This document shows positions 20,955-33,148 of a DNA stretch of 64,000 bases, one piece after another. The position numbers were made by a program, and so were the translations under genes. The notes below the pieces were generated by a model, which saw only the letters and a list, made by a program, of their open reading frames with translations, had not been told where the DNA came from and made no database searches. Origin of the DNA: Peptostreptococcaceae bacterium (GTDB lineage: Bacteria; Bacillota; Clostridia; Peptostreptococcales; Filifactoraceae); NCBI GenBank assembly GCA_030528605.1, contig JAUMYO010000004.1, positions 2,546-66,545 of the forward strand, in the 5' to 3' direction. Position 1 is the first letter of the stretch. Each line of letters opens with the position of its first letter.

Positions 20955-23900
20955 TTATACCATTTTTTCAAGATAATTGGCTATGCTTTTTAACAATTTA
21001 TATTCGTTTACTTTTCCAAAATCTTTTTTTACGATCAAAGATCCGCTTATCGAATAGAACTCTATATTTTTCCCTTTTTGACATATCCGCCCGATCTTCA
21101 GTTTTTTTCCGAGGGATCTCAGGTACGCAACATCTGTAAGTGCATAAACGGTAAAAGGAATGTCGGAAAAACGATCTTCCATTTCTTCTTCAATACTATG
21201 CTTATCTTCAAGATCTCGGATCGAAGCTATTTTCTTATATATCTCGATCTTATCCATCTCATCTTCAATGTATTCCGACGGAATATATGCATTGACTTTG
21301 ATATCGATCTCCGTTTCAAAGTCCTCCTCTACCTCCTGTCCACGCAGACGCTTGATCTCCTGATCCAGCATTTTGACATAGAGTTCGTATCCAATGTCCG
21401 CAATATGACCATGTTGTGTTTCTCCAAGCAAAGTTCCTGCCCCTCTGATCTCAAGATCCCTCATAGCCACTTTGAACCCGGATCCGAATTCGGTAAACTC
21501 TTTGATCGTCGTAAGCCTTTTTTCCGCAACTTCGCTTAATATCTTATCTTTCTCATACATAAAATAAGCATAGCCCTGTCTGCTCGTCCTCCCGACACGG
21601 CCTCGAAGTTGATACAATTGTGAAAGACCCATACGATCTGCGTCATATACTATGATCGTATTTGCATTCCCTATATCGATCCCTGTCTCTATTATAGTAG
21701 TGCACAAGAGTACATCATATTCTTTGTTAGTAAAATCAGTAAGGACATTCTCCAGCTTTCGCGAACTCATTTGCCCATGCGCTACAGCGATCCTTACATC
21801 AGGGAGCAATTTAGTCAATAGATCATACATTCGATCGATGGTCTGGACTCTATTGTAAACAAAAAAGACCTGCCCTCCACGTTCCACTTCGCGTAAGATC
21901 GCATCCGATATGATCCCTTCTTGTGCTTGGGTCACATAAGTGAGAACAGCACGTCTTTCTTTCGGAGGCTCTTCCAATGTCGTGATATCTCGTATCCCGC
22001 TCAAAGACATATGCAGAGTCCTAGGGATCGGTGTAGCGGATAAAGAAAGAACATCACAATTATTTCTGATAGCCTTTAGCTTCTCTTTATCTTTTACTCC
22101 GAATCGTTGTTCTTCATCCACCACGATCAATCCCAGATCTCTAAAGAGAATATCTTTTGACAATATTCGATGTGTCCCGATGAGAACATCCACCTCTCCG
22201 GTACGGAGCTGATCGATGACAGCTTCCTGATCTTTTACAGTCCTAAATCGGCTCAGTAGTTCAACTCGGATCGGAAAATTGCGGAATCTTTCGCGAAAAG
22301 TATGATAATGCTGCTGTGCCAAAACAGTCGTAGGAACTAAAAAGGCACTTTGCTTTGAATCCATCGTCGCCTTAAAAACTGCACGTAATGCAACTTCTGT
22401 CTTGCCATAACCCACATCTCCGCAAAGCAATCGGTCCATTATTTTTTCGCTTTCCATATCTTTTTTAACTTCTTGGATCGCTTGTAGTTGATCATTTGTT
22501 TCCACAAAAGGAAAATCCGACTCAAACTCCCTCTGCCATGGGGTATCCTCCGAAAAACGATGACCTTTTTGACTTTCTCTCTTCGCATAGAGTTCTACCA
22601 GATCCTGAGCGATCGATTCCACGATCTTCTTTGCTCTACGCTTCGTGGTCCTCCATTCATTGCTACCCATCTTACTGAGTTTGATCCCATCCTCTTTCAT
22701 ATTCCCAATATAGCGCTGGATCTTTGACATCTGATCCAGCGGAAGATACAGGGAATCCCCTCCATGATACGAGATCTTGATGTAGTCCTTGGTGATCTCA
22801 TCAAATGCCTTCTGCTCTACCGATACAAATCGCCCGATCCCATATTCCTCGTGGACGACATAGTCTCCTGCTTTCAGTTCGATAAAGGATTCGATCTTTT
22901 TTGTTTTCAGTTTTTCAGAGAATTTTCGAGAACTCCTTTTTTGGGGACTATAGATCTCATCTTTCGTAAAGATCGCTATCTTTGCTTGTGAATAGATCGC
23001 TCCCCCGGCAAAAGGAAATTTTGTAAAAATAATACATGTAGTTTGATTCTCTATCGATCCGTCACTAAGCTTCATCGACGGAATGTCATGATCCGACAAA
23101 AGATCACGGATCCCTTGGATCAAATTGTCATCTTCCAGCGAAATCAAGATCATATAGCCCGACTTACGAAGATATCGGATCTCCTCCAAAAGATCCATGA
23201 GTTTCCCATGAAAAGCTCTGGACTCCCTTGTATCGATCGATAAGATCGCATCGGTTTTCATTCCGCCGATGCTTGAACTCAATAAGGTATTGTAGATTTT
23301 TTTCTTTCGGTGTAAATGGTCCGTCACCTCCTGAGTGGATAAAAGCAACTTCCCTTGTCCTTTAATAGCAAACCCCTTCTCAAGAGCTTGGATATAACTG
23401 TCCTTATACTCTTCAAACGCTCCTTCCATCCGCTCAATGATCCTGGCAGGTTCATTGAGCAAGAAGATGCTCTCTTTCTTGATATAGTCAAATAAAGTAT
23501 TATCGGCAGGGTAAAAATAGTCAATATATTTTTCGATCCCCTCGAAATACTGACCCCTCTCTATTCTTTCGATATCATAAACGATGTCCCCGCTTGTATT
23601 TTCTCGAATATCTTTGCGCATTCGTTGTACCGCTTTTTTGATCTCTGCTTCAGACGGTAGCAGAAACGATCGTGAAGGTATGATATCTGCTTTTTGAAAC
23701 TTCTCGATAGATTTTTGAGTGTAAACATCAAAATTCCTTATCGAATCCACTTCATCATCAAAAAGCTCGATCCGAAGCGGATAGTCCATTGAAGGCGAAA
23801 AAATATCCAATATCCCGCCCCGGATCGCAAACATCCCGACTCCTTCGACCTTATGTTCACGAACATACCCCATATTTACTAACTTTTGGGCAAAATCATC

Positions 23901-24359
23901 TTTATCCAAAGTTTGGCCCACTTCGACCTGAAGATAGAGGGGTTGAAGATACTTTTTCGGAATATATTTTTTTAGAAGTGCTTCAGCTGTTATGATATAG
24001 ACCGCTCTTTCCTCGCGAAGCAAAGAAAAAAGCCCTTGGATCAAAGCACCCTCAGTGGACCTGTTTTTTGCTTCGATCGAATAGAATCGAATCTCCTGGC
24101 TCTTGATCAAGATCGCCTTGGTATTCGTTTTTCGTATCGCTCGATACGCCTCATCCGCTTCACGGTCAGAGTATGAGATCATTACCGGATCTTGCCCGCA
24201 ATGGTACAAATAAATTGCAAGATCGATCCGCTGAGACGGATGAAGTCCTGATAACAAGATATGGTCTTTGTTCTTGATCAGATCGTTCAGTCGCTGATGT
24301 TCTTGCGAAAGATCCAACAGCCTCTCTATCTTTATTTTCTTATTCATCATATTATCCAT
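20955..24359 (-). CDS. mfd: transcription-repair coupling factor
   Basis: 1134 aa; superfamily-2 helicase motifs GDVGYGKTEVA, DEEQRFG, SATPIPRT, QLRGRVGR. Confidence 0.95.
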   Translation of the reverse strand: MDNMMNKKIKIERLLDLSQEHQRLNDLIKNKDHILLSGLHPSQRIDLAIYLYHCGQDPVMISYSDREADEAYRAIRKTNTKAILIKSQEIRFYSIEAKNRSTEGALIQGLFSLLREERAVYIITAEALLKKYIPKKYLQPLYLQVEVGQTLDKDDFAQKLVNMGYVREHKVEGVGMFAIRGGILDIFSPSMDYPLRIELFDDEVDSIRNFDVYTQKSIEKFQKADIIPSRSFLLPSEAEIKKAVQRMRKDIRENTSGDIVYDIERIERGQYFEGIEKYIDYFYPADNTLFDYIKKESIFLLNEPARIIERMEGAFEEYKDSYIQALEKGFAIKGQGKLLLSTQEVTDHLHRKKKIYNTLLSSSIGGMKTDAILSIDTRESRAFHGKLMDLLEEIRYLRKSGYMILISLEDDNLIQGIRDLLSDHDIPSMKLSDGSIENQTTCIIFTKFPFAGGAIYSQAKIAIFTKDEIYSPQKRSSRKFSEKLKTKKIESFIELKAGDYVVHEEYGIGRFVSVEQKAFDEITKDYIKISYHGGDSLYLPLDQMSKIQRYIGNMKEDGIKLSKMGSNEWRTTKRRAKKIVESIAQDLVELYAKRESQKGHRFSEDTPWQREFESDFPFVETNDQLQAIQEVKKDMESEKIMDRLLCGDVGYGKTEVALRAVFKATMDSKQSAFLVPTTVLAQQHYHTFRERFRNFPIRVELLSRFRTVKDQEAVIDQLRTGEVDVLIGTHRILSKDILFRDLGLIVVDEEQRFGVKDKEKLKAIRNNCDVLSLSATPIPRTLHMSLSGIRDITTLEEPPKERRAVLTYVTQAQEGIISDAILREVERGGQVFFVYNRVQTIDRMYDLLTKLLPDVRIAVAHGQMSSRKLENVLTDFTNKEYDVLLCTTIIETGIDIGNANTIIVYDADRMGLSQLYQLRGRVGRTSRQGYAYFMYEKDKILSEVAEKRLTTIKEFTEFGSGFKVAMRDLEIRGAGTLLGETQHGHIADIGYELYVKMLDQEIKRLRGQEVEEDFETEIDIKVNAYIPSEYIEDEMDKIEIYKKIASIRDLEDKHSIEEEMEDRFSDIPFTVYALTDVAYLRSLGKKLKIGRICQKGKNIEFYSISGSLIVKKDFGKVNEYKLLKSIANYLEKMV

Positions 24360-24912
24360 TGTATTTGTTCATCGCGATATCGATCGTAGATCCAACAGAT
24401 TCTATTACAGCTCGAGCTGCTGTTTCGATCGCATCGATCATCGGCTGTATTTCTTCCTTGTCAAACTTACTGAGGACAAAACTCGCCAGATCCTGCTGAG
24501 GTCTCGGTCCGGACACTCCGATCCGGATCCTCGGAAAATCATCATACCCTAAAAGATAGATTATATTCTTCATTCCATTGTGAGTTCCGGCACTGCCTTT
24601 GAGTCGTATCCTGATCTTCCCGACATCAATGTCGATATCATCGTATATGACGATCAAATGCGAGCGATCGACCTTATAATAGTTCATGAGTTCTACTACG
24701 GACTGACCGCTTAAATTCATAAAAGTTTGAGGTTTAGCCAAAACGATCTTCTCTGTGCCGATCCTCCCTTCTCCAACGATCGCTTTGAACTTCAAGCGAT
24801 CCATCTTGATACCCAACCGCTTTGCTATCTCATCGATCGTAATAAAGCCCGCGTTATGTCTGGTCCCCTCGTATTGTCTGCCCGGATTCCCAAGACCAAC
24901 GATAATATACAT
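24352..24912 (-). CDS. pth: peptidyl-tRNA hydrolase
   Basis: 186 aa; IVGLGNPG..Y..TRHNAGF motif. Confidence 0.95.
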   Translation of the reverse strand: MYIIVGLGNPGRQYEGTRHNAGFITIDEIAKRLGIKMDRLKFKAIVGEGRIGTEKIVLAKPQTFMNLSGQSVVELMNYYKVDRSHLIVIYDDIDIDVGKIRIRLKGSAGTHNGMKNIIYLLGYDDFPRIRIGVSGPRPQQDLASFVLSKFDKEEIQPMIDAIETAARAVIESVGSTIDIAMNKYNG

Positions 24913-24988
24913 AATCTCTCCTTTCGGCTTGTTTTTTAGCGAAAAAAAGCCATACCTTCAGATGAAACTGTGTACGGCTTTTATCATA

Positions 24989-25942
24989 CTATGGTTCAAA
25001 CAGTTCGCTTACAGACTCTCCATTAAAGATCTTGGTGATCGCTGAAGAAAATAAGCTCGCTGTGCTGAGAACTTTGATCTTATCGATCTGCTTTTCTTCG
25101 GAAAGCAAGATCGTATCCAAAACGATCACTTGTTTCAGCGAAGAATTTCGGATGCGCTCGATCGCTTGTCCCGAAAGTACAGGATGTGTGCAGCAAGCAT
25201 AGATATCCATCGCACCATGAGCCTTGAGAGCGTCTGCCGCATTTACAAGCGTTCCTGCCGTATCGATCATGTCATCCAGTATGATCAGATTTTTCCCTTT
25301 TACATCCCCTATGATATTCATTACTTCAGAAACATTATTTTTTGGTCTTCTTTTATCCACGATCGCAATGGGAGCATCCAGATACTCCGCAAATTTTCTT
25401 GCTCTCGCAACACTTCCGTGATCCGGTGATACTACTACCAGATCCGGGATATGCATTTCTTCAAAATGTTTTACCAGGATCGGTCCTCCTAATAAATGAT
25501 CTACCGGTATATCAAAGTACCCTTGGATCTGATTTGCATGAAGATCCATCGTAAGGACCCGATCCACGCCCGCAGCAACCAAAAGATTTGCGACCAATTT
25601 TGCCGTGATCGGATCTCTCGCCTTTGCTTTTCGATCCTGGCGAGCATATCCATAATAAGGGACTACCGCTGTGATCCTTCCTGCTGATGCACGTTTCATC
25701 GCATCGATCATGATCAACATCTCCATCAGATTTTTGTTTACCGGCGCACAGGTCGATTGAATGATATATACATCCACACCTCTTACACTTTCATTGATAT
25801 TGACTGCGATCTCACCATCACTAAAAGTTTTTACATCTGCATCTCCAATCTTCAATCCAAGTTTATCTGCAATTTTTTCCGCCAATACCCTGTTTGAATT
25901 TCCCGCAAATAATTTGATCGTACTGCCACAGATAGAGCCCAT
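24989..25942 (-). CDS. prs: ribose-phosphate diphosphokinase
   Basis: 317 aa; [10 protein letters not shown] and DDMIDTAGT motifs. Confidence 0.95.
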   Translation of the reverse strand: MGSICGSTIKLFAGNSNRVLAEKIADKLGLKIGDADVKTFSDGEIAVNINESVRGVDVYIIQSTCAPVNKNLMEMLIMIDAMKRASAGRITAVVPYYGYARQDRKAKARDPITAKLVANLLVAAGVDRVLTMDLHANQIQGYFDIPVDHLLGGPILVKHFEEMHIPDLVVVSPDHGSVARARKFAEYLDAPIAIVDKRRPKNNVSEVMNIIGDVKGKNLIILDDMIDTAGTLVNAADALKAHGAMDIYACCTHPVLSGQAIERIRNSSLKQVIVLDTILLSEEKQIDKIKVLSTASLFSSAITKIFNGESVSELFEP

Positions 25943-25958
25943 TTCTTCCTCCTAAAAA

Positions 25959-27293
25959 TCATTTTTTCCAATTTTCTTTGTTTGTTTGTCGCTCGCGCGC
26001 TATTGCCAACGCATTATCCGGTACATCTTCAACGATCGTTGAACCGGCGGCTAAAGTTGAATTTTTTCCTATTTCTACAGGAGCAACCAAGTTAACATTG
26101 GATCCGATAAAGGCATTGTCGCCTACTGTCGATATGAACTTATTTTTTCCGTCATAATTAACAAATACGACTCCGCAACCGATGTTTACATCTTCTCCAA
26201 TTATTGCATCGCCGATATATGCTAAATGTGAAGCTTTGGATCCATTCCCAAACTTCGCATTCTTCAGTTCGACAAAATCACCGATCTTGCAATTTTCCCC
26301 AACTTCAGTATTCGGTCGCAGGTAAGCATAAGGACCGACCGTCGTCTTCGCGCCGACCTTAGCTTTAGTTAAAGTTGAAGATCGGATGATACAATCCTCC
26401 CCGATCACGGAATCTTCGATCGTTGTATCTTCTTGAATGATCGTTCCTCTCCCAACGACCGTCTTCCCTCGCAAATGACAGTTCGGATAGATCACACAAT
26501 CCGGCTCGATCACCACACCCTTGTCGATATATGTGACCGAAGGGTGGATCAATGTGACACCGTTATCCATATGCTTTTGGTTGATCCTTCGTCGCAAAAC
26601 TTCTTCTGCCTCCGCTAGTTGAGATCTGCTATTGATCCCTAACATACTTTCTTCATCGATCGTAAAGGTCGCAACTTTCGCTTCTTTGCATGCAAGTCCG
26701 AAAACATCGGTTACATAATATTCTTTTTGGTCATTGTCATCGGAAATTTTTGATATACATCTTCGGAGCAACGCCCCGTCAATAATATATGTTCCTACAT
26801 TAACTTCCTTGATCCGGCGTTGAGAATCATTCGCATCACGCTCCTCCACGATACTGTCAAAAAGACCGTCCTTCGTAATGATCCTTCCGTATCCCGTCGG
26901 ATCATCTACGATCGATGACATTAAGAGTGCGCCAAAACCTTCCGATTTTTTTGCCGCAAATCTTTCAAAATCTTCTCTGCGGATCAGCGGAGTATCTCCG
27001 TAAGTAATAATGACTTCATCATCGTCGTTGATATGATCCATCGCACACATGACCGCATGTCCGGTTCCAAGCTGTTGCTCTTGATAAGCATAGATCACCT
27101 TATCACCAAAATGCTCTTTGACCAACTCCGCGCCATAGCCGACAACGAGAATGATCTGTGTATCCTCATCCAATTTTGCGTTATCGACCACATGCTGGAT
27201 CATCGGAACATTTGAGAGCTTATGCAAGACTTTGGGAAGATCCGATCTCATTCTCGTCCCTTTTCCGGCTGCTAAAATAATTATTTTCTTCAT
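25959..27293 (-). CDS. glmU: bifunctional UDP-N-acetylglucosamine diphosphorylase / glucosamine-1-phosphate N-acetyltransferase
   Basis: Start moved to ATG 27293 (MKKIIILAAGKGTRM); C-terminal hexapeptide repeats. Confidence 0.95.
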   Translation of the reverse strand: MKKIIILAAGKGTRMRSDLPKVLHKLSNVPMIQHVVDNAKLDEDTQIILVVGYGAELVKEHFGDKVIYAYQEQQLGTGHAVMCAMDHINDDDEVIITYGDTPLIRREDFERFAAKKSEGFGALLMSSIVDDPTGYGRIITKDGLFDSIVEERDANDSQRRIKEVNVGTYIIDGALLRRCISKISDDNDQKEYYVTDVFGLACKEAKVATFTIDEESMLGINSRSQLAEAEEVLRRRINQKHMDNGVTLIHPSVTYIDKGVVIEPDCVIYPNCHLRGKTVVGRGTIIQEDTTIEDSVIGEDCIIRSSTLTKAKVGAKTTVGPYAYLRPNTEVGENCKIGDFVELKNAKFGNGSKASHLAYIGDAIIGEDVNIGCGVVFVNYDGKNKFISTVGDNAFIGSNVNLVAPVEIGKNSTLAAGSTIVEDVPDNALAIARERQTNKENWKK

Positions 27294-27387
27294 ATTCACT
27301 CCTTGAAAACAATATCCCTCCCCATTATACAACTTTTTTGTTGATTAGTACATTCCTTTTTCCCAAATGACATCCGGGAAGACTTTT

Positions 27388-27639
27388 TCATTGTCCATAC
27401 AAATAGATCGACTTATTGCCCGACATCCTCGGACCTGATGCCGATCTCGATCTTGAGACCATTCTTTTCAGCGTCTCCAGGTTCACATAGTATTTGTTTT
27501 CATCTACAGCCACCGTAGAAGGATATCCGGATGAAAGGATCTGCTCTTTCTTTTTCTGCTCATAACAAGATCTCACGAATTCATTCTCCTTCATTGGCGA
27601 TCGCCCCTTGTCCGGCTCAATGTCGTATTTCAGTTCCAT
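27388..27639 (-). CDS. hypothetical protein
   Basis: ORF in the same orientation as its neighbours. The track start is a TTG; ATG 27639 (MELKYDIEPDK) is preferred. No family recognised. Confidence 0.3.
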   Translation of the reverse strand: MELKYDIEPDKGRSPMKENEFVRSCYEQKKKEQILSSGYPSTVAVDENKYYVNLETLKRMVSRSRSASGPRMSGNKSIYLYGQ

Positions 27640-27761
27640 CGCTCTCTCTTCATAGCTGTCCAAAAAAACTACATATCAGTTTATACGATCTTCTTGATAA
27701 AAAACTTGCAACACAATAATTACATTGTTATACCCTTCCGGATCATCCGGTCGATAAGCGA

Positions 27762-28481
27762 TCACACTTCTATCGATCCTAAAACTTCTCCGATCTTCTC
27801 ACGAATGATCAAAGTTGCTATATGATCTTTCTGTGTCCCATCCCTGTTTATCAAAACGATATCACCGCCATTAAAATAGTCCACCAAGCCCGCTGCAGGA
27901 TATACCCCAAGTGAAGTCCCGCCTATGATAAGCAGATCCGCTTGTCGGATATGATCTACCGCTTCTTGGATCACAGACATATCCAAGCCTTCTTCATATA
28001 GTACCACGTCCGGCTTGATGATCCCTCCGCAACTGCACTTCGGAATACCCTCCGATCGCTCGATGGCACTCAGATCGTAAAACTTTTTGCAATTTAAGCA
28101 AAAGTTCCGCCGGATCGATCCATGCAGTTCGAGAACTTTCTTGCTCCCTGCCAACTGATGAAGTCCATCGATGTTTTGTGTTATTACCGCAGTGAGCTTT
28201 CCTTTTGCTTCAAGTTCAGCTAACTTCTCATGTGCTTTATTCGGCTTGACATTTTTGATGATCATTTTGTCCCGATAAAAGTCGTAGAATTCTTTTGTTT
28301 TACGCATAAAAAAACTATTCGATAATATCATTTCCGGCGGATGATCATATTTTTGATGATACAAGCCGTCTACACTTCTAAAATCAGGTATCCCACTTTC
28401 TGTCGAGACTCCGGCGCCACCGAAAAAAACGATCCTGTCAGCTTTGTTGACCAAAGCTTGTAATCTTAGTATTTCATTCAT
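27762..28481 (-). CDS. cobB: NAD-dependent protein deacylase (Sir2 family)
   Basis: 239 aa; GAGVSTESGIPDFRS, TQNIDGLH, zinc ribbon CLNC...CSCG. Confidence 0.9.
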   Translation of the reverse strand: MNEILRLQALVNKADRIVFFGGAGVSTESGIPDFRSVDGLYHQKYDHPPEMILSNSFFMRKTKEFYDFYRDKMIIKNVKPNKAHEKLAELEAKGKLTAVITQNIDGLHQLAGSKKVLELHGSIRRNFCLNCKKFYDLSAIERSEGIPKCSCGGIIKPDVVLYEEGLDMSVIQEAVDHIRQADLLIIGGTSLGVYPAAGLVDYFNGGDIVLINRDGTQKDHIATLIIREKIGEVLGSIEV

Positions 28482-28762
28482 TTTGACCTCCCTCTTAAAA
28501 CATCTGTTCTTAAAAGTCTACAGACTCACGATGATCACGATCATCCTTCCCTCAAATCAGTCTCAATGCCTTATTCAGATCTTAAGATCTAATATTTTGC
28601 GATCATGGACTTCTATGGTTTCAAAAATCCAAGGACAATCATATGATAGTTTCCATATCTCTGTTTATATTCCTTTGGTTTTTCAATCGTTCGGTAGACT
28701 TTCGCGACACATCGGGACAAATTTAGGACAAATTTTTCAAATATTCATCGATTTTTTGCCCT

Positions 28763-29587
28763 TCATTCCGCCTTGTCCAAATCAATGCCGGAAGATATAA
28801 AATAGCGATATCCGTTCTTCCAGCATAAATCATCCACCTGCTTTTTGATCTCATCATTGTTCCCATATTCAGTAAGGTAGATTTCAAGTCCCTTCTCCTT
28901 GCAATGATGTATATATTCCTTATAATATGCCGACGTTTCCGGGTCTTGTAAGATCATTTTCCGGTTATCAAAATCAATATTTGTAAAAACACATTCTTGA
29001 TTTACGCCGTCGATTCGGATCCTTTGGTCTTCTTCATCCAATACTGCTCTTTTTACAAAAAAATCTCCCCCGTTGATGATCACTTTTTTCTCAAGAGAAT
29101 CGATATTTCGTATCGCAGAGATCAATCCGTAAAAAATATTTTCACTTGGATAATAAAAATATACATCGGCATTATCCAAGAAAAAGCCGTCGATATTTTT
29201 CTCAGAGAGTTTTTGTGCTTGTTCATAGATATGTTTTTGCCAATTTTTTTCAGAAACATCCACCCAAAACTCGTCATCCCAGTTTTCGTAATTCCCCAGA
29301 ATAATATTTTTATACTCACTATAGTACGAACGAAAACTTTCCAAAGAGCCGAGGTTCAGATAAGAGTACACCTCGACCCCATTGCGATGCAATACCTCGA
29401 TTTGATCTTTGGAAAAATATTCAGCATCGATCACGACCGTTTTGTAATCATAAAGGTCCGCGATGTTTTCCGGATCGATCCCAATGAATACACCATATTC
29501 TTTTTTGGAATGCTGACAGGCGCAAGTCACCATACACAATATCATTATTATGGCGAAAAACTTTACCATCTTCTTTGAATTTTCCAT
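28763..29587 (-). CDS. putative endo-alpha-1,4-polygalactosaminidase (GH114-like) lipoprotein
   Basis: Start moved to ATG 29587 (MENSKKMVKFF...). Signal peptide with Cys; GH114-like motifs YSYLNLGSLE and GFFLDNAD. Confidence 0.65.
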   Translation of the reverse strand: MENSKKMVKFFAIIMILCMVTCACQHSKKEYGVFIGIDPENIADLYDYKTVVIDAEYFSKDQIEVLHRNGVEVYSYLNLGSLESFRSYYSEYKNIILGNYENWDDEFWVDVSEKNWQKHIYEQAQKLSEKNIDGFFLDNADVYFYYPSENIFYGLISAIRNIDSLEKKVIINGGDFFVKRAVLDEEDQRIRIDGVNQECVFTNIDFDNRKMILQDPETSAYYKEYIHHCKEKGLEIYLTEYGNNDEIKKQVDDLCWKNGYRYFISSGIDLDKAE

Positions 29588-29779
29588 ATCGATATCCTCA
29601 CTCAGACTCTCGTATCGAGTTTCTAAAGTCGGTAAGCAAAGTATCCACCCGAGCTTTAGTTCCAATTTACTCCATTTTTAATATATCATAATAAAGGCTT
29701 TTAATCAATTTACGAAAAAATGAACAAGAAAATTCTTACCATAAAATACATAATTCGTATCATTATTTATATAAAACTA

Positions 29780-29808
29780 TTTACAATTTATATTTATGGT
29801 GATATGAT
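29780..29808 (+). promoter_or_regulatory. candidate promoter of the RHH-protein/clpB operon
   Basis: TTTACA, 17 nt, TGaTATGAT (extended -10), about 20 nt upstream of ATG 29827. Confidence 0.45.
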
Positions 29809-29826
29809 TTGTTTATGGAGGTAGAT

Positions 29827-30480
29827 ATGAAAAAAAATATGTACAGCTTAATGCTTTCTGCGAGCATTATGCGGGAAATAGATCGGATCGCTTATAAAAC
29901 CGGAACAAATCGCAGTAATTTAATAAATCAGATCCTGGCAGAATATATTTCTTTTGAGACCCCCGAGATGAAGATCCGAGAGATCTTCAAAAATATTACC
30001 GAAATGATCGAGAGTACGGATCTTATCCTTCTATCGGAAGGAAACTCCACACTTTCTCTCAAAAGTCCGCTGGAATACAAGTATCGTCCAACGATAAAAT
30101 ATTCATTAGAGCTTCACAAATACGGAGAACATAAGCAGATCGGCAAAATGAGAGTTCTTTTTCGTACTCAGAGTAGAGAGTTGTTGAAAATTTTGGATGA
30201 CTTTTTTAGAGACTTTATCTTTCTCGAAAAAAAATATATCCATCCTCTATTTCCGACAGACAGTATTCAATATGAAGTGGAAAGCGGAAGATTTTGTCGG
30301 AGTTTTCCAATGCCTATGAGCACGAACGAAACCGACAATAAGATCATCAGCGAAGCTATCAGCTCTTATATCGCTATCTTCGACCATCTATTAAAATGGT
30401 ATCTCGCATCTCCGGATATAAGATTTGAAGCAATGGAAAAACAATATCTTTATCTTATTAAAAACAAAATCGTAATTTAA
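29827..30480 (+). CDS. hypothetical protein with N-terminal ribbon-helix-helix (CopG-like) motif
   Basis: Start at ATG 29827 behind [47 protein letters not shown] fits the beta-alpha-alpha RHH pattern; the ~170 aa C-terminal part is unrecognised. Stop is 8 nt before clpB. Confidence 0.65.
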   Translation: MKKNMYSLMLSASIMREIDRIAYKTGTNRSNLINQILAEYISFETPEMKIREIFKNITEMIESTDLILLSEGNSTLSLKSPLEYKYRPTIKYSLELHKYGEHKQIGKMRVLFRTQSRELLKILDDFFRDFIFLEKKYIHPLFPTDSIQYEVESGRFCRSFPMPMSTNETDNKIISEAISSYIAIFDHLLKWYLASPDIRFEAMEKQYLYLIKNKIVI

Positions 30481-30488
30481 GGAGGAAC

Positions 30489-33077
30489 ATGATGAACACA
30501 CAAAAATTAACACAAAAAACGATAGCTGCTTTGACAGAAGCAAGAAGTAATGCGATCTCAAGAAACAATACGCAAGTAGAGCCGGAGCATCTGATGCTAG
30601 CGCTGGTCGAACAGGAAGACGGACTGATCCCTCGACTGCTCCAAAAAATCGGGATCGATATTCACTTTGCACTCAGCATCGTATTGGGATATGTCAACAA
30701 ACTTCCTTCCGTGACCGGATCGGAGCAAAGCGTATATTACTCGCCGGCAATAGAACGGATCTTGGTCGAAGCAGAAAAAAGTGCCAAAGAATTTAAGGAT
30801 GAGTATGTCTCGGTAGAACATCTCGTACTTGCCTTTTTGGCGGATAAAAACGAGAAGATCCGTAATATGATGGTTTCCATCGGAATCGACAAGCAGCAAT
30901 TTTTGGAGGCTCTGAAAAGTATTCGTAACAACCGGAGAGTAGATAATGATGATCCGGAAGAAAACTATGAGGCATTGATCAAATATGGCTATGATCTTGT
31001 AGAAAGAGCACGCAGCCAAAAACTGGATCCTGTGATCGGTAGAGATAATGAGATCCGAAATCTGATCCGGATCCTATCAAGAAAAACAAAAAACAATCCT
31101 GTTTTGATCGGAGAGCCCGGTGTCGGTAAAACTGCGATCGTAGAAGGTCTGGCGATCCGTATCCTTAAAGGCGATGTACCGGAAGGCTTAAAAAATAAAA
31201 CGATCTTTTCGTTGGACATGGGGGCTTTGATCGCAGGAGCAAAGTTTCGAGGTGAATTTGAAGAACGCTTAAAAGCTGTTCTTAGTGAAGTAAAGGATTC
31301 CGAAGGAAGGATCATCTTATTCATCGATGAGCTTCATAATATCGTCGGTGCAGGAAAAACGGATGGTGCAATGGATGCCGGAAATCTGCTGAAACCCATG
31401 TTAGCTCGAGGAGAGCTCCATTGTATCGGTGCTACCACTTTAGATGAATATCGAAAGTATATCGAAAAAGATGCGGCTCTGGAGAGACGATTCCAACCGG
31501 TACTTGCCGATGAACCTTCTGTGGAGGATACGATCACGATATTGCGAGGACTCAAGGAGCGTTATGAATTATTTCATGGAGTATCTATTGCAGACTCCGC
31601 GTTGATCAGCGCCGCTACCCTTTCTCATCGATATATCAGCGACCGCTTTTTGCCGGATAAAGCGATCGACTTGGTCGATGAAGCCTGCGCTATGATAAGA
31701 ACGGAGATCGACTCCTTACCGACCGAGCTTGACGAGATCTCAAGAAAGATCATGCAGCTTGAGATCGAAGAGGAAGCACTAAAAAAAGAAACGGACAAAC
31801 TTAGTCTTGAAAGACTTGAAAACACAAAGCGAGAATTGGCAGAACATCGAGATGGATTTGCCGTAATGAAAGCAAAGTGGGAAAGCGAAAAGGAAGGGAT
31901 CGTTGCGATACAAAAGCTCAAAGAAGAGCTGGGAAATGTTAATGCCGAGATCGAAAGAGCGGAACGAGAATACAACCTGGAACGACTCGCCGAATTAAAA
32001 TACGGCATCCTTCCAAAACTACGATCCGACCTTGAGAAAGCCGAGATCGCTAACCAAAACTCTAAACAACACACTCTTCTGAGAGATCGTGTGACGGATG
32101 AAGAGATCGCTAAGATCATCGCAAGATGGACCGGGATCCCGGTCACTAAACTCTTGGAAGGAGAAAAGGAAAAAATATTGAATCTCGAGAACATCCTCCA
32201 TCGCCGCGTGATCGGACAAGATCAGGCTGTAACAAAAGTATCCGAAGCGATCCTCCGATCCAGAGCAGGCATCTCCGATCCGAATCGTCCGATCGGATCA
32301 TTTATGTTCTTGGGACCTACCGGAGTCGGAAAAACTGAGCTAGCAAAAGCTCTGGCAGAGAGCTTGTTTGATGATGAACAAAATATTATTCGGATCGATA
32401 TGTCCGAGTATATGGAGAAGCATTCCGTTTCCCGATTAGTCGGAGCGCCTCCGGGATATATCGGATATGATGAAGGCGGTCAACTCACCGAGGCGGTAAG
32501 AAGAAGACCTTACTCCGTAGTATTATTTGATGAAATTGAAAAAGCTCATCATGATGTATTCAATATTCTGCTGCAGGTTTTGGATGATGGACGAATTACA
32601 GACTCTCAAGGAAGAACAGTTGATTTTAAAAACACGATCATCATCATGACATCCAATCTCGGATCGGAGTATCTTCTATCCGGTATCGATGCAGAAGGCA
32701 ACTTGACAGAAGATGCGATCGAGCAAGTAAACTCTCTGCTTAAGATCTCTTTCCGTCCGGAGTTTCTCAACCGATTGGACGAGATCGTATTTTATAAACC
32801 TTTGTCAAAACAAGAGGTACTTTCCATCATCGATCTGATCATTCAAAAACTATCCGACCGATTAGAACAACAGCAACTCAAACTGGATATCACAACAGAG
32901 GCAAAAAACTTTATTGCCGAAGCAGCTTACGACCCGCTTTACGGAGCCCGTCCACTGAAGCGATATATCCAAAGCAAACTTGAAACCTTGATCGCTCGAA
33001 AGATCATCCTCGGTGATATCGATATCGATTCCACGATCGTCGTCGATGTTTTGAACGATGGATTAGTGATACACTGA
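30489..33077 (+). CDS. clpB: ATP-dependent chaperone ClpB
   Basis: 862 aa; two AAA+ modules ([18 protein letters not shown]), long middle coiled coil. Confidence 0.95.
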   Translation: MMNTQKLTQKTIAALTEARSNAISRNNTQVEPEHLMLALVEQEDGLIPRLLQKIGIDIHFALSIVLGYVNKLPSVTGSEQSVYYSPAIERILVEAEKSAKEFKDEYVSVEHLVLAFLADKNEKIRNMMVSIGIDKQQFLEALKSIRNNRRVDNDDPEENYEALIKYGYDLVERARSQKLDPVIGRDNEIRNLIRILSRKTKNNPVLIGEPGVGKTAIVEGLAIRILKGDVPEGLKNKTIFSLDMGALIAGAKFRGEFEERLKAVLSEVKDSEGRIILFIDELHNIVGAGKTDGAMDAGNLLKPMLARGELHCIGATTLDEYRKYIEKDAALERRFQPVLADEPSVEDTITILRGLKERYELFHGVSIADSALISAATLSHRYISDRFLPDKAIDLVDEACAMIRTEIDSLPTELDEISRKIMQLEIEEEALKKETDKLSLERLENTKRELAEHRDGFAVMKAKWESEKEGIVAIQKLKEELGNVNAEIERAEREYNLERLAELKYGILPKLRSDLEKAEIANQNSKQHTLLRDRVTDEEIAKIIARWTGIPVTKLLEGEKEKILNLENILHRRVIGQDQAVTKVSEAILRSRAGISDPNRPIGSFMFLGPTGVGKTELAKALAESLFDDEQNIIRIDMSEYMEKHSVSRLVGAPPGYIGYDEGGQLTEAVRRRPYSVVLFDEIEKAHHDVFNILLQVLDDGRITDSQGRTVDFKNTIIIMTSNLGSEYLLSGIDAEGNLTEDAIEQVNSLLKISFRPEFLNRLDEIVFYKPLSKQEVLSIIDLIIQKLSDRLEQQQLKLDITTEAKNFIAEAAYDPLYGARPLKRYIQSKLETLIARKIILGDIDIDSTIVVDVLNDGLVIH

Positions 33078-33148
33078 TCCTAACGCTCGGAAGATCCCAA
33101 TAAGCAAAACTCTTATCAAAATACGCAGAGCTTACTAGACTCAATAGA

